Notes under the pieces: model-generated
What the model saw: only the letters and a program-made list of their open reading frames with translations
The model's database searches: none
Told to the model about the DNA's origin: nothing
Shown: piece by piece, positions 44,501 to 57,190 of the stretch
Layout: each line of letters begins with the position of its first letter
Numbering within the stretch: position 1 is the first letter of the stretch
Assembly (NCBI GenBank): GCA_965153285.1
Contig: OZ229117.1
DNA from: Podarcis tiliguerta
Taxonomy: Eukaryota
Direction: 5' to 3' (one strand)
Length of the DNA: 64,000 bases
Translations under genes and position numbers: made by a program

Positions 44501-45174
44501 CTTTGCTGACTAGAGCTTACTTGTGAGTAAATGCTACAGAATCTTGGCCATCAGGAAGAGCATCGCAGGATAATGAGCACTATGTCAAGCACTTGTGTAG
44601 AGCCACCATTAACTGGGAAAGCAATGCCTCAGGAACACCAAGGAGGATCCCCCAGAAGCAACAGGCATGAAAGCCAAGAGGCTGCCTGAAGGACAAACCT
44701 GTGGGGAGGGGGAAGGCAGTGGGTGGGGGGCAACTTGCCCTAATTCTGGAGCAGTTAATGCATTGGCTGGTTCAGCAGCAGACAGCATCTGGCTGCTGTA
44801 GACAGGCTGCCCTTCTGTCCCTTGGAGAGCCCACAGCATTAATCCAGACCCCTGTAGGCCAGCAAAGCTGCTCAGCATGGAATGAAGGTGATTAAGAGTC
44901 AGCAAGATAAACATTTTTCATTGCCAAGATAATCCAATGGCTTTTTGATCTGGCTTGGCAGAGGATGGGGAGGGAAGAGGGAAGCCTTTCTGATCTGAAT
45001 GAGCAGCTTCTGCTGGGATGAGCAGGAGGTCAGCAGTGGGCTCGTTTATGGTTCCCACAGATGGGAGGAGACCAGAGATTTCCCAGAGCTTTTGTTTCAA
45101 ATCCTCTCTTGCTTCTGATCTCGCCAATGTAGCCTGCAACTTAACTTTCCTCTTGGCCGAGGTAGTGCAGGCTT

Positions 45175-45385
45175 CTGCATTGATTTATTTCATTCCATTT
45201 CTATCCCACCTTTTCATCCAAGTAGTTTAAGGTGGTGTACGTGGTTCTCCCTTCACTTCATTTAATTCTCACAACAACCCTGTGAGGTAGGTTGGGGCAG
45301 AAACTGGCCCAAAGTCACCTAGGCAGCTTCATAGCCGAGTGCAAATATGAACCCCAATCTCCTAGTCCAACACTCACCACTACCC
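45175..45385 (-). mobile_element. CORE-type (MIR-related) SINE
   Basis: TCACAACAACCCTGTGAGGTAGG core and CCCAAAGTCACC motifs. Confidence 0.75.
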
Positions 45386-45889
45386 ATGTTGACTCTCAGT
45401 ATGCTGGGTGCACCTTGTGGGCGCATGGATAGCAGAGGTCTCCCTGTATGCTCAGAGTGGGGGTCCCACACAGACTTCCACCTCTCCTGTGTCCGAAAAG
45501 TGGCCAGTTCAAGTCAGCCACACCCCACTGAAATGCCTAGGGAGGGGGGTTTCATTTATTTGGCCACCAGTGTGTCCTAGTAGTGAGTTGCCAGAAATCT
45601 TAGCCTTTGTGCTGCGGTTGAATCGTTTCCTAGCTATAGATTTCAGCTATTGAGAGCTTTTTGCACATGGGCATTTCTGCCAACTTTACCATGTTGGAAG
45701 GGGTGCATTTATTCCCACAAACTAAGGAATCAGAGTGAACTGAGGGTCTGATGCATTCCCACTCCATGTTTCTCTTCACAGTAGATGTTAAACTACCCCA
45801 GGTGGCTACACAGAGCAGGGTTTATTTAAACTATTTTTACCCCACACTTTAGCTGAAAGTGCTCCCAGAACAGCTAACAAAAATCAGTA

Positions 45890-46131
45890 CAGTGGTACCT
45901 CGGGTTAAGTACTTAATTCGTTCCGGAGGTCCGCTCTTAACCTGAAACTGTTCTTAACCTGAAGCACCACTTTAGGTAATGGGGCCTCCTGCTGCCACTG
46001 CGCCACGGCTGCACAATTTCTGTTCTCATCCTGAAGCAAAGTTCTTAACCCAAGGTACTATTTCTGGGTTAGCAGAGTCTGTAACCTGAAGTGTATGTAA
46101 CCTGAAGAGTATGTAACCCAAGGTACCACTG
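45890..46131 (-). mobile_element. Tc1/mariner-type MITE, copy 3 (inverted, with a 16-bp internal tandem duplication)
   Basis: TIRs with TA target duplication at 45888-45889 and 46132-46133. Confidence 0.9.
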
Positions 46132-46133
46132 TA

Positions 46134-46314
46134 CACTCCATTTACGTAACCCTCTGGTTATGTCAACTTTGGGATGCACGCGCGGCAAACCCGGAAGTAT
46201 TTTACCAGGTCTCGCCCCCGCATGCATGCGCAGAAGCGGTCTTCAGATTGCGGAAACCACAGGATCTGACCGGACCTCTGGAACGGATCCAATCTGCAAC
46301 CAGAGGTACCACTG
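46134..46314 (+). mobile_element. Related older MITE with the same right TIR and a different interior
   Basis: Ends CGGACCTCTGGAACG...AGAGGTACCACTG|TA. Confidence 0.7.
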
Positions 46315-47859
46315 TAGTAAGAAACTCAGACTTACTATCTCAAAATATGTTGCACGTGAGGGAAATTAGTATATAAATAAAAACAAACATTCCCTTTTCC
46401 CAGGCCTTTGCTAATTAAATAATCTATAGCCTTCTAAACAATGTGAGGTCTTTTTTATTTTGTTTGTTTCTTAGTTATGCATTTTTGTGGTTTTACATTG
46501 TAAACCGCTTTGTGACTCTCAAATGAAGGGCAATATAGAAATATAATAATGATAATCAAATAATAAAAAGGGATTGGGGGGGGGGGTGGAGAGAGAAAAA
46601 GCAAGTGCTTAAAAGTTGCAGTTCTACAAATGTTGGGTGAAGGGGCTGTCCAAAACTTGGAGATACTAACGAAAAGGAGTGCCAACCCCATGAAGGATGT
46701 TACCATAGCTTAGTTCTTTTCTAGTTTTGTTTTTTCTCCCTCTGGACTGCTCAGGCCCCGGATAAAAGGTGGGATCCCACCCAACCTTCAGGATACAGCT
46801 TCTGATATGCGGGGGGGGGGGGGCCAAGACCAGCTGCCTTATGACTCCCCCCCCCCCCTGCAACTGAGCATTCTCTGTTATTTGCTCCATCTTGGCCTGG
46901 ATGGGCCTGGGCCTGGGACCTGCTTCTTCTTCCTGCCTGTTTTATCGAACTGGAAGCCCTGAGAGACCTTACCTGAATAGCCACCCACTCCCTGCACTGC
47001 TCTCCTTGTTCCAGTTTAACAGACCATTTCCTGGCTGTTGCTGTGACCCCTCCCTCCCGCCTTTGGCCCCTGGCCATTGGAAACAATTGACTGTGACCGG
47101 TGGAGGAATTTGCCACACAAAATGACTTCCTCTCTAAGAGGAAAAAGCCTTCAGCCTCCCTTGATAGGATTGTGATTATGGTTCCATGACTTGCAATCGG
47201 CATTTCCGTAATGTTTCATTCCCAACATTTATTAAGCTGAACTTTCTGTGTGTGTATAAGGGAGTGGGGGATTTTTGGAAGTTCCACCTTTGTGTCCTAC
47301 CGTGGAACCAGATGCTGGCGATTTGTTAGGAGTGCCTGGTGGTCGGCCACAGGGCAGGGTTGGGAACTAGCTGGGTGCTGGGAAAATCAGGAGGCTTGTG
47401 TTGGCTACAGCCCCCTACTAGGACACACACCAGCTCCCCTGCGAGGGAAGGAGATACTCAAGAACCCCGTCCATCCCAGTGGAGCTTCCAGGAGAGAAAG
47501 TCCCACGTCTTACACAGCCTTTCTTATTCCCACACTGGCTGGAGCTTTTGGGATTCACAGTCTGAGACATCTGAAAGGCACCAGGTTGGGCAAAGCTGCC
47601 TCATATGCTGGGCTGGTGGTGCTGCTGCTTTTAGCAGGTGCTCCAGGGAAGGTATTGACCCGCATGGGGCCAAAATAAAAGACTGGGAGAAAGGAATATA
47701 TCAATGAGAGTCTGAAGCCAAGGATTAGCAGAAAGAGGCCGAGGAAGTGTGGGGGAAACGGGAAAACCTGCCTGGCAGGATTTAACCATTTCTATGACGT
47801 AGTCTGTAAACTCACCACTTGGGGGCAGTAAGCCCGGTGAAGTAGTAGTAATAGTACAG

Positions 47860-48200
47860 TAATTTATTATTTATACCCCGCCCATCTGGCTGGGTTTCCC
47901 CAGCCACTCTGGGCGCCTCCCAATAGAATATTAAAAACACGAGAAAACATCAAACATTAGAAACTTCCCTAAATGGGGCTGCCTTCAGATGTTTTCTAAA
48001 AGTCAGGTAGTTGTTCATTTCCTTGAAATCTGATGGGAGGACATTCCACAGGGCGGGCGCCACTACCAAGAAGGCCCTCTGCCTGCTTCCCGGTAACCTC
48101 ACTTCTTGCAGTGAGGGAGCCACCAGAAGACTCTTGGAGCTGGACCTCAGTGTCTGGGCTGAACGATGGGAGTGGACGCATTCCTTCAGGCATACTGGGC
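47860..48200 (-). mobile_element. L2-type LINE 3' end
   Basis: ORF2 terminus RAFLVVAPALWNVLP...TFRKHLK and tail CCCAGAGTGGCTGGGGAAACCCAGCCAGATGGGCGGGGTATAAATAATAAAT. Confidence 0.85.
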
Positions 48201-50549
48201 ACCTGGACATTGTATCTGGGCATTCTCTGGTGCATGGTCAGTGAGGGCTGTTCTGACACTCAGAGTGGAACTTCTGCAACTAGGAGGCTGGGGCAGGTGG
48301 GTCAACCCTTCCTGCTTTGATGGGAGTTTTAACTCCTAGGGTGCTGAGCCCAGTGCCCTATCAGTCCCGGCCCCTATCCATTTGCCTCCTGTCCCAAAGA
48401 GAGAAAGTTAAGGAAAAAGAGCAGGGAGAAGCTCCACCAAAAGACACCACCCCAGTGATGGCTGCTCTCCCCCTTCTCGTGTTGGATCAATACCCAAAAG
48501 CTGACCATGCCACTTATCTGTTGGCAGGGATCTGTGTTACCCTTTTGCCAAGGCATCTGGGAACCTAGGATGGCAAGGGATTCACTGGATGGGATGAAGA
48601 CTAACATTAAGAAAAAGAGCCTGCCATGAATCAGGGCTCAAGGGAAGACGCCGGGAATGCCAAGTGCATCTTGGGCCCCAAACTCAAGCTTATTCAGTGC
48701 TCTAGACTCCCACCCACTCTAGATTATTCTAATAATGAGCTCCTAACTTTTCTGCTAACAGCAGCATGTATGGAAATTGCCAGAAGCTGGACAACAGGAA
48801 CAGGTCTTAACATTGACTCCTAGAGTGTGGTCAATAGCATTGGCCAAGAAGCTGGCCTGTCAAGTCAGAGCAGCTAGTGACAAACACAATCCATTCTCAT
48901 TCTATAATACACGGCAAATATTTATTGAGTGCATGAATCATTTATTGAGTGCATGAAGGAAGCCACCTGATGCTCATGGGAAAATGTGGCAAGACCGTTT
49001 AGAATAATTGAATGAAACTTTATTATAATGCATGATACATCTGTACATATAAGAGGACAAGCTTGGGTTGGTTGTTATTGGACAATTAATTTTATTGTTG
49101 TTACTGTTATTTGAAAAAATAAAATAAAAACATTTATAAAAACAGAATGCCAAAGTGGGCCTGGTCAGGACTCCACTCCTTAGGAGGAGGCAGGAGTAGC
49201 TGCCCAGAGGAAGCTGTAGTCCCTGAGCCTGGGTTTGCTGGTAGCTGGAGCAACATTCCAGCCTGCCTCTCCAGACTCCATTTGGAGCTCTCCAGGGTGC
49301 TAAACATCTTGCTTGCTTGCCTTTTGGACCTTGACCTCTGCTTTGCCTGACCTTGTTTATCTGGATTTCCCACCCTGCATTATATGACCTTACCTTGCTG
49401 GCCTTTGCTAGACCTGACTTGGTTTGCTTGATCCCAAATTGGGACTAGTGGTAGGTGGCCTGCAATTCTAGAAAACTGTACATAGCACACCCACCCACTT
49501 GGGTTCAAGCAATGCCCACTACCTGGGACAGGACAGACTGGAAGGGGTGATGCAACACTTATTCCCAGGGGCCTTGTGGCATAAAAACTGCATTTCACCA
49601 CCCAGCTGTCTTGTTGAGTTTTCTGGGGAATGGGTGCACCACATGGGAGGGTCAGTTTCATGAGCTGCCTTTGAAAAATGTGGTTTCATATTGGAGTGGG
49701 TGTTGAAAGAGTGGATTAGGGACATAATCTGGTCAATGTCCTTTTTGCAGGCCCAGGAGGTGGATTAGAATGTAGGCAGTTTAGGCGTGAGTTTGCCTCT
49801 TACACAAACTCAAGCACCACAAAAGGCTGAGGACCCTTTTCCCAATCTGACCTATTTAGATTGTACAAAAAGCACAGCACAGCAACACTGAACTCGTAGC
49901 ACTCAGCTTGTCAACTGAGAAGCCAAGTATACACCCCAGAAAAATTGTTCCTGAACAGCTACAGGAATTACTTGGCCTTTTAAACTATACCTGCATATTG
50001 GTGCCACCTGGGATTGGCAACGAAGGGCCTTGGAACCTGGCACCACAGAAGGGAAGGGGTGACAAGTGTAATGCTGGCAGACCGAGCTGTTGTGGGTGGG
50101 TGGGTTAAAGGGTTTCTTTTTGCTAAGAGAGGCTGAAGGACAAGTGCAGTCAGATGGGTTGGGGTCATGGGGAGGGGGGCAAAAGAGAATGCTGATTTCA
50201 AGGCTCAGGTTTGTTTTAGGGACCCAACATCATGCCTGCCTCTTGAGGACAGGCTCGAAGCTGGGCATCACTCTGTTGGCCAAAATCAAGGGGTGGTGTC
50301 AAGGCTTGGCATCTCTTCCTGGCATTAGGCCCCTCTCCCCACCACACAGTTTGGGAATCCACTTGGGTGAGGATGTGGCTGGCATTAGAAGAGGCCAACC
50401 AGGGGCTCCAGAGGGTGCACTGGTTCAAGGTCTAGATGGCCTGTGTGTGTGCCAGGGGTTGCCAAGAGGCCTCTGGGGTCTGGAGGGTGCCAGTGCCAGG
50501 ATCATTACAGGCAAAGCCAGAGTTGTAGGGAGCGCAGAGGAGGCTAGTG

Positions 50550-51790
50550 GTGGCGTCTCTCCGGCAAGCCCTGCAACGTGGAGCAGGAGCCCGAACCCAA
50601 AACTGAGGAGGCCAAGGACAGTCTTTGCAGGACCACAGCCCGGAGTGCTGGAGACTGGAGGACCAAGCAAGGCCGCTGGGACCGGGCAAGCAGAAAGAAC
50701 AGCGTGAGCAACAGGGGCTCCCCGAGTCACCCGGGCAGGGGGATCCTCCGACCCTGGGGCAACGAGGCCGGGGACGGCCCTCTCTCTGGCCTCCTTTAGC
50801 ACAGCCTCTAGCCGGGATGGAGGCGCAGCCTGGGCAGCAGTGGGACCCCGTTCGCTCCCTTGCAGCTGTTCTTTCGCCCCAAGCGAACCCAGGCGTCGCG
50901 GGGCGTGAGGGGAATCATCCACCCCGCTCCCGGGGCCCTGAGGGGCGGTCCGGGGGCGCCTCTGGAGCCGAGGCCGGGAGCTGTTTCTCCCCGCTACCTC
51001 CGCTTTGCTCCTGGGAGGCCGCGGGGCCTTGGGAGCCGGAGCAGTCTGCGAAGCCCGCCGAGCAAGGCGGGGCGGTGGGCGGAGGGGGGATCAGGTTACA
51101 GGGCCGGCCTGGCTGGCTCTGCGGCTGCGGGCCGGGCTCAGCTGGGCGCCTCCAGCAGCAGCAGCAGTGCCGGGAAGAGCCTGCCGCCGGCGGCGGCCGC
51201 AGAGTCAACAACAACGGCCATGGTGAGTCGCGCCCGAGGGGGCGGCAGCGCGCGCAAGGCTGATGGCTCCTATGAGCATGTGCAGAGTGCCTCGGGGAGA
51301 GGAGCGGGCGGAGCCTGGTGTTCCAGCTCCGCAGGGGAAGCGGGAGCCGAACTTTGCCGGCTGGCGGACACGGACCATCTCGGAGGCGCCCGAGCTTTGG
51401 GGCCGCCGAAGTTCCTTCGTGCATGGAACTGGGGTCGGAGTTGCTGCCCCCGACCCCATCTACCAATCCATCGCTGCTCTTCGCCGTTTCTCAGTGTTTA
51501 CGAAGCGCTGGAGGAGGCCGGGATCCCTCCAGGTGGGAAGCGAGCCGGCGGCCTCCCGGCTCAGGTGGCACAGATCCCCGGAGGGAGGGAGGGGTGGACG
51601 GCGGAGCCTCCGTCTTCGGAGGCAGCCCGCCTCTCCAGGATGCCGGGGTTGCAGTGTGACCTTCCTGCTCTGCTCCTGTTGGGCAGCTGGCGGGAAGGAC
51701 CAAGGGGGCCCTGGGATGAGCCCCATCTCTCTTAGGCACCTCTTCTAGCGCACCTGGCTAACCCTCCTTGCGGAAAAGTCACCGCGCGGC
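50550..51790. promoter_or_regulatory. CpG island / promoter of a second, plus-strand gene
   Basis: Dense CpG with GC boxes (GGGGCGG at about 50942 and 51069) surrounding a first-exon donor. Confidence 0.85.
51220..51222 (+). CDS. Probable ATG-only first coding exon of an unidentified gene (5'UTR about 51100-51219)
   Basis: ACGGCCATG|GTGAGT: Kozak-context ATG directly followed by a consensus donor, in the centre of the CpG island; no exon 2 recognised in the window. Confidence 0.6.
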
Positions 51791-52544
51791 ACATTCCAAA
51801 GAGCGCTGTTTGAGAAGGGGAAAGAGCAGCTTTCCAGCTTGAAACTGGTGCCACCGAGGGCAAGGCACGGTCCATGGAAACAGGCTCCCTGCCATTGCAA
51901 GCTGGTCTGAAAGTGGATATAACTTTCAGAAATGTGTGCCAATACAGGGTGCAGTAGTTGTTAAAGTTTTGGAGTCCCAGGTTCAAAACCTCCCCAAACT
52001 GTGACCCCTGAGGCTGGCCACCAGCTCTGCTACCTGGTAACAATAAAGGGTGCAGGACTCCATGCACACAGCCACCAGTTTGCAGCTGAAAGGTGCCAAG
52101 TAATATTTCAGCACAAGTGAAAAACTTCAGTCATTCAGCACCTGCTGCTGCTGAACTAATAATGAGATTTTAAAAGTTGAAAAAAAAAATTGCTATAGTT
52201 TCAGCCAATAAACAAATAACTTTAAGGATGTGCATTTATTCATTCTGCATAAACACAGAGAACCAAATATGATAGAGCAATGTGTATAGCTTGAGGTTAG
52301 GCTTTCCAGAATTCTTTAATGAGATTTCCTCCACTCCCAGGGAATTTGAGCAGCTGACCCTGTTTATTTGCCTGTCTGTACTAAGAAGGAGGAGGGGGTC
52401 TTGAGACCCTCCGTCTGCTCCTGTCCTCAGCCATCCATCCTAGCAAAGGAGGGCCATCGTTTTCATCATGAGTCCCCAGCAGGGAAAAAGGCAGGGTATA
52501 AATAAATATATAATAATTATAATAATAGTAGTAGCACAGTGCCT

Positions 52545-52668
52545 AAAGCTCCCTGTCTGTAAAACCCTGGAGAGCTGCTGCTGCTGCTGCTGCTGCCGCT
52601 GCCAGTCAGTGTCAACTACACTAATCTAGATGGGTAAATGCACTGACTCAATACAAGGCAGCTTCTGA
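52545..52668 (+). mobile_element. tRNA-headed SINE 3' part with an expanded (CTG)n tract
   Basis: AAACCCTGGAGAGCTGCTG...GCCAGTCAGTGT...AAGGCAGCTTC. Confidence 0.65.
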
Positions 52669-54214
52669 AGGGAATGTGGAAGGATACTTGTGTCTCAGTC
52701 TGTGTATTGGTTTGCAAAGTACAAGTTAGGTAGTTTCTCATCAAAATGCAAACAAAACTTTCGACCCCACTCCCCACAGAGAATAATTTTTACTTATAGC
52801 AACCAATTCCTAGCCAGGATTTCTTGTGTCCCTGCTCAGTTGGAGCAGAGAAACAAGTCTGCATGGACTGAAAAAGACCTCCCATCTCAGTGTCTTGTCT
52901 CTGATTTTGCATGTGTCATGGCTGGAAAGGGCCTTTGACACAGGGCAGGAGGGCTGCTTCTTGAACTTTGGGTTGCCTTTTCTTTGGGGTGTTGGTGCTG
53001 GTGGGGGTGGCAGGCAGCTCCTTTTCTTGGCCTCCAATCTGGCCTCAGGAGGCTTTCTCCAGCATCTACATGCTCTCTGTGGAATCCTGGTCACAGTGTT
53101 TGCCTACGACTCATCTCCCTAATTAAAACAAAATAGGGACTAACGTTGCATGGTTATTCTGCATTCCTCATAACAGGCTTGCAGCAAATTAAAAACAAAC
53201 AAATTTATTATGGCATAAATATTTGTGGAACAGAGGCTATTTTGTCAGATGCAAGGAGGGTGAGTCTTAGCTGGCAGGGATGGGTGTTGAAATAAAATGA
53301 TAAAAACTGGAGATCAAATGGGAAAGAAATGCAAAAGGTATGGAGACTGTGAACATTCAGTTTAATCTTAAATGTATGCAAAATAACCCCAGCCGTCTGT
53401 GATGACACAGTCATCCCCTCATTGTTGACTGTTTGCACCTGTAGTGGGACAGAAAACCACTGTCTCTATTTCATGTCCAAATGGACAGAATCAAACTGTC
53501 ACACAGGCGTCCTCTCATATTCCTTTTATTGAAAAACGTCAGCTTCCTCAGGGCAGGAAATGGGACTGAACCCTCACCCAGGTTCGCTGCTGAGTAAATC
53601 TTGAGATTTCAGAGACACAAGCCAAGGCCACAATGGTCCTTGTACAAGAAGCAGAAGAAGCAAATGAGCTCATTCGAAATGATTTTTAATTGCCTCCTGC
53701 CATCCGAGCACAAGGCTGCTGAAATGCAGGGTAGGGGGTGGATGCTGTTTTGTTCCATTTCCCCAATGTGCCCTTTCAAGAGCACAGACATGGATGAGAA
53801 AATGAAGCCCTTTAACTCTATGCCCACCATATGGACTGAAGGCGTGAGCACAATGCCCCAGTCATCCCGCTCCCTGGGAATGCTTGGCCTTTGAGCACAG
53901 GGCAAAGGCGTCTGCAGGGAGGCCTGCACACATTTTGCCTGTCTCTCCAATCTTCACAAGGAAATCACTTTGCCCTTGCAAAGTGCTCCTTTCTTTCCGC
54001 CCACGGAGCTCAAATGCATGAACTGGAGTCCCAGTCCCAGTGGAATGCTGGGGCCACCCTCGGAAGCGGAACTGCACCTTCTCGCCTTGCTGGCTTTTTC
54101 GCTTGGCCTTCCATGGCGGCTGGACAAACTGAAATTCATTAAGCAAAATGCCTTCTCCTGGTATGCAGACAAATGATGCCCTGGAAAAAAGTGACAAGTA
54201 GAGTGACGTGCTGC

Positions 54215-55190
54215 AGGCTTCTGTCCTGTCCTGTCTAACATCTTTATAAATGACTGGATCAGGCAGTCCAACCTGCTGTTCTCATAGAGATGCCTATGGG
54301 GAGCACACAAGCAGGATCTGAGCACAACAGCATCCTGCCCACTTGTGATTCCCAGTAACTGGGATTCAGAGGCATATTGCCTTGGGCAGGGGAGCCAGAG
54401 CGTGGTCATTGTGGCTAGTAACCATTGATAGCCTTATTCTCAATGAATTTGTCTAATCCTATTTTCAAGTCATCCAAGTGGAAGGGACGTTCCATAGTTT
54501 AACTTCATTGCGTGAAGAAATACCGTATTTTTTGCTCTATAAGACTCACTTTTTTCCTCCTAAAAAGTAAGGGGAAATGTGTGTGCAGCTTATGGAGCGA
54601 ATGCAGGCTGCGCAGCTATCCCAGAAGCCAGAACAGCAAGAGGGATCGCTGCTTTCACTGCGCAGCAATCCCTCTTGCTGTTCTGGCTTCTGAGATTCAG
54701 AATATTTTTTTTCTTGTTTTCCTCCTCCAAAAACTAGGTGCGTCTTGTGGTCTGGTGCGTCTTATAGACCGAAAAATATGGCACTTTCTTTTACCTGTCC
54801 TGCATCTTCCAGCATTCAGCTAAATTGGACGTCCATGAGTTCTAGTGTTACGAGAGAGGGAGAAAAACTTTTCTCTAACCACTTTCTCCACTCCATGCAT
54901 AATTTTATTTGCCTCCACCATGTCACCTCTTCCTCGTCTTTTTGGTCAACTAAAATGGCTTTCTTTTTAGCTGCAACCTTTCCTCAGAGAGGAATCTCTC
55001 TATCCTCTTGGTCATTTTGGTTGCCCTTTTCTGCAACCTTTTCAACTCAGCAATATCCTTTTGAGGTGAAGCGACCAGAATTTTACACAGTATTGCAAAT
55101 GTGGTCACACCATAAATTTGTGTAAAGGCATTATGATATCAGCAGTTTTATTTTCAGTTCTTTTCGCAATGATCTCTGAGCATGGAATTT
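54215..55190 (-). mobile_element. CR1-type LINE fragment interrupted by a MITE
   Basis: CR1 ORF2 and 3' motifs on both sides of the 54523 insertion. Confidence 0.75.
54523..54781. mobile_element. Tc1/mariner-superfamily (Tc2/pogo-like) MITE, TIR CCGTATTTTT..CTATAAGAC
   Basis: TA|CCGTATTTTTTGCTCTATAAGAC ... GTCTTATAGACCGAAAAATATGG|CA; internal 31-bp hairpin. Confidence 0.85.
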
Positions 55191-55682
55191 CATAGTGGTT
55201 CCTATTTTTCTTGTGCAGCGGGTGGTACCTTCTCTTTGGGAGCATTTAGGTTGTGGTGGCTGGTGTTTTGAGGGTGGGCACTTGCTCTTGGGGGTTAATC
55301 AAGGCAGACATGATTTAATTATTTGCAATATTTATACCCCACGTTTCTGCCTAACATCAGGCCTCCCAGTAAAAACTGATAAATAATAACACAATAATAA
55401 GCAGCAAGATGTTGCTGCGTTGGACCACAAGAGGAAAAAACCTATTAAAAAAAAACTATTAGGTCAAGCCATAATAAGATCTGTAGATGTTTTGTGGTTG
55501 ATGGGAATTGTAGTCAAAACATATGAAGGGCACCAAGTTGGCAAAGACTGCCTTAGGTTGCTGCTGCTTTAGGTGATTGGCTTCCCCTGGGTTTGGGGGC
55601 ATGTGAGCTGCTTGTGCAACTAAGCTGCACCCACACAACTGCACCAGTCCAGCTACAGTAGAGTCACTACTGGGAAGAAATC

Positions 55683-55772
55683 CATAGCTGTCAACTTTTC
55701 CCTTTTCTTGCGAAGAATCCTATTCAGAATAAGGGAATTTCCCTTAAAAAAAGGAAAACGTTGACAGCTATG
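55683..55772. mobile_element. 90-bp MITE, TIR CATAGCTGTCAAC
   Basis: Perfect 13-bp terminal inverted repeat that extends imperfectly inward. Confidence 0.75.
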
Positions 55773-57092
55773 AAAGATATCTAAGCCTTCTGTTCTGTAA
55801 GCTCTGCAGGCACCAAGGAAATGAAACCCCTTTGCCTCCTTAGCATGAGGGAGTTTGGTTTGGCTAGACCCATATGTGTCGCTGTCAGGCTCCTGCTTCC
55901 TTTATCTCAGGAAGACTCTGCATGTACTTGCTCTGGCGGATGGGCTCCCTGCAGTGCCAGGATATCTCTTCCCAAAGATTTTGATGCAAGTTGTGCGGTC
56001 AGAATTGTGAATGCAGTGCTGCCACTAGATGGTGCCCTTCCGATAGTCTCTAGAGGAGAGAGCTTATTTTGAAGATGCACATGGGGTTGATTTCAGTGGC
56101 TAACTGCAATTTTTGAAGTTTTCCGCTTGCTTGAAGGCAGGTTTTTATGTCTGCAAAAGTGAGGTCTTGGCTGCATAGTGAAGTGGCGGGGGGGGGGGGG
56201 GAGATGGAGTGAGGAGGGGGGGGACACATGAACTGGAAAAGCATTCCAGAGCTTTCAGGGCCGCCCTCTCGCTTGACAGGGGTCCAGTTTGTGACCTACC
56301 AATTCAAGCATTGCATAAATCAAAAGCTCACCCCAGAGGTTGCCGGGGGGGGGGGGCTCCTCTTGGGCCCTTAAGCCGTGCTGTGCTGCAACAGGTACCC
56401 ATGCTTAGAAGAGGGACCAGGTCATGACATTTCCTTATCTCGTTCTGCAGACTGGACTGTGGGGGAACTCAGCCTGGGGGAGAATGCCCCCCCCCCTTTG
56501 CTACGTACTTATTGCAGCAGTAGCAGCTGTGGCAAGGGCAAAGGAGAGGCAGGAACTGCTGTGGCTTCCTCCTCATCTTTGACGGCAGTGCAGAGATTTA
56601 AATGCACAGGGCAGATTTCTGCAACTTTTCCCATAGTTGCTGGATCTGGGTTTAAAATGTGCATGGAGGATAACTTGCCTTCCTGCCTGTCCCTGACTTA
56701 ACAGCTAAGACTCAGTGAAAGCTGGGGGTACAAATGGGCGTACATGCATAGTAACTGTGGTGCACAGTGCAGAGTAGGCCTGGAGGGCAGGGCTGTTGTT
56801 TATTTACATAAGTTTACATATCACTCTTCAACCATGAAAGGTTTTCCTGAGTGGCTAGGAATTCCAAGAAATTAAACTATCACTGTTTCCACACTAAGAA
56901 TTTACTGGGGACTAGCCACACAGTGTCCACTCACTTTTTCCGGCCATTTACATGATGTGAACAAAACATCCCTGTGTCATATTTTACCTGTTCAGCTTCT
57001 GTTGCTGTTTTTCTTTAGAGCTGAACAGGTAAAACACGACACAATGATGCATTTCTGTCTGGGAATTGATTCTTAAACCCTTCCTTTTTATA

Positions 57093-57190
57093 TAGAATCA
57101 TAGAATTGCAGAGTTGGAAGGGACACAAAGGGTCATCTAGTCCAACCCCCTGCAATGCAGGAATCTCAGCTAAAGCATCCATGACAGATG
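57093..57190 (-). mobile_element. CR1 3' end fragment
   Basis: TAGAATCATAGAATTGCAGAGTTGGAAGGGACAC...TAGTCCAACCCCCTGCAATGCAGG. Confidence 0.8.

Noticed and set aside
50090-51748. Long ORFs (205, 165, 212, 291 and 183 aa) in the second CpG island
   Set aside because: Low-complexity Gly/Ala/Pro/Arg translations in all frames, typical CpG-island artefacts; no SLC9A5-like motif
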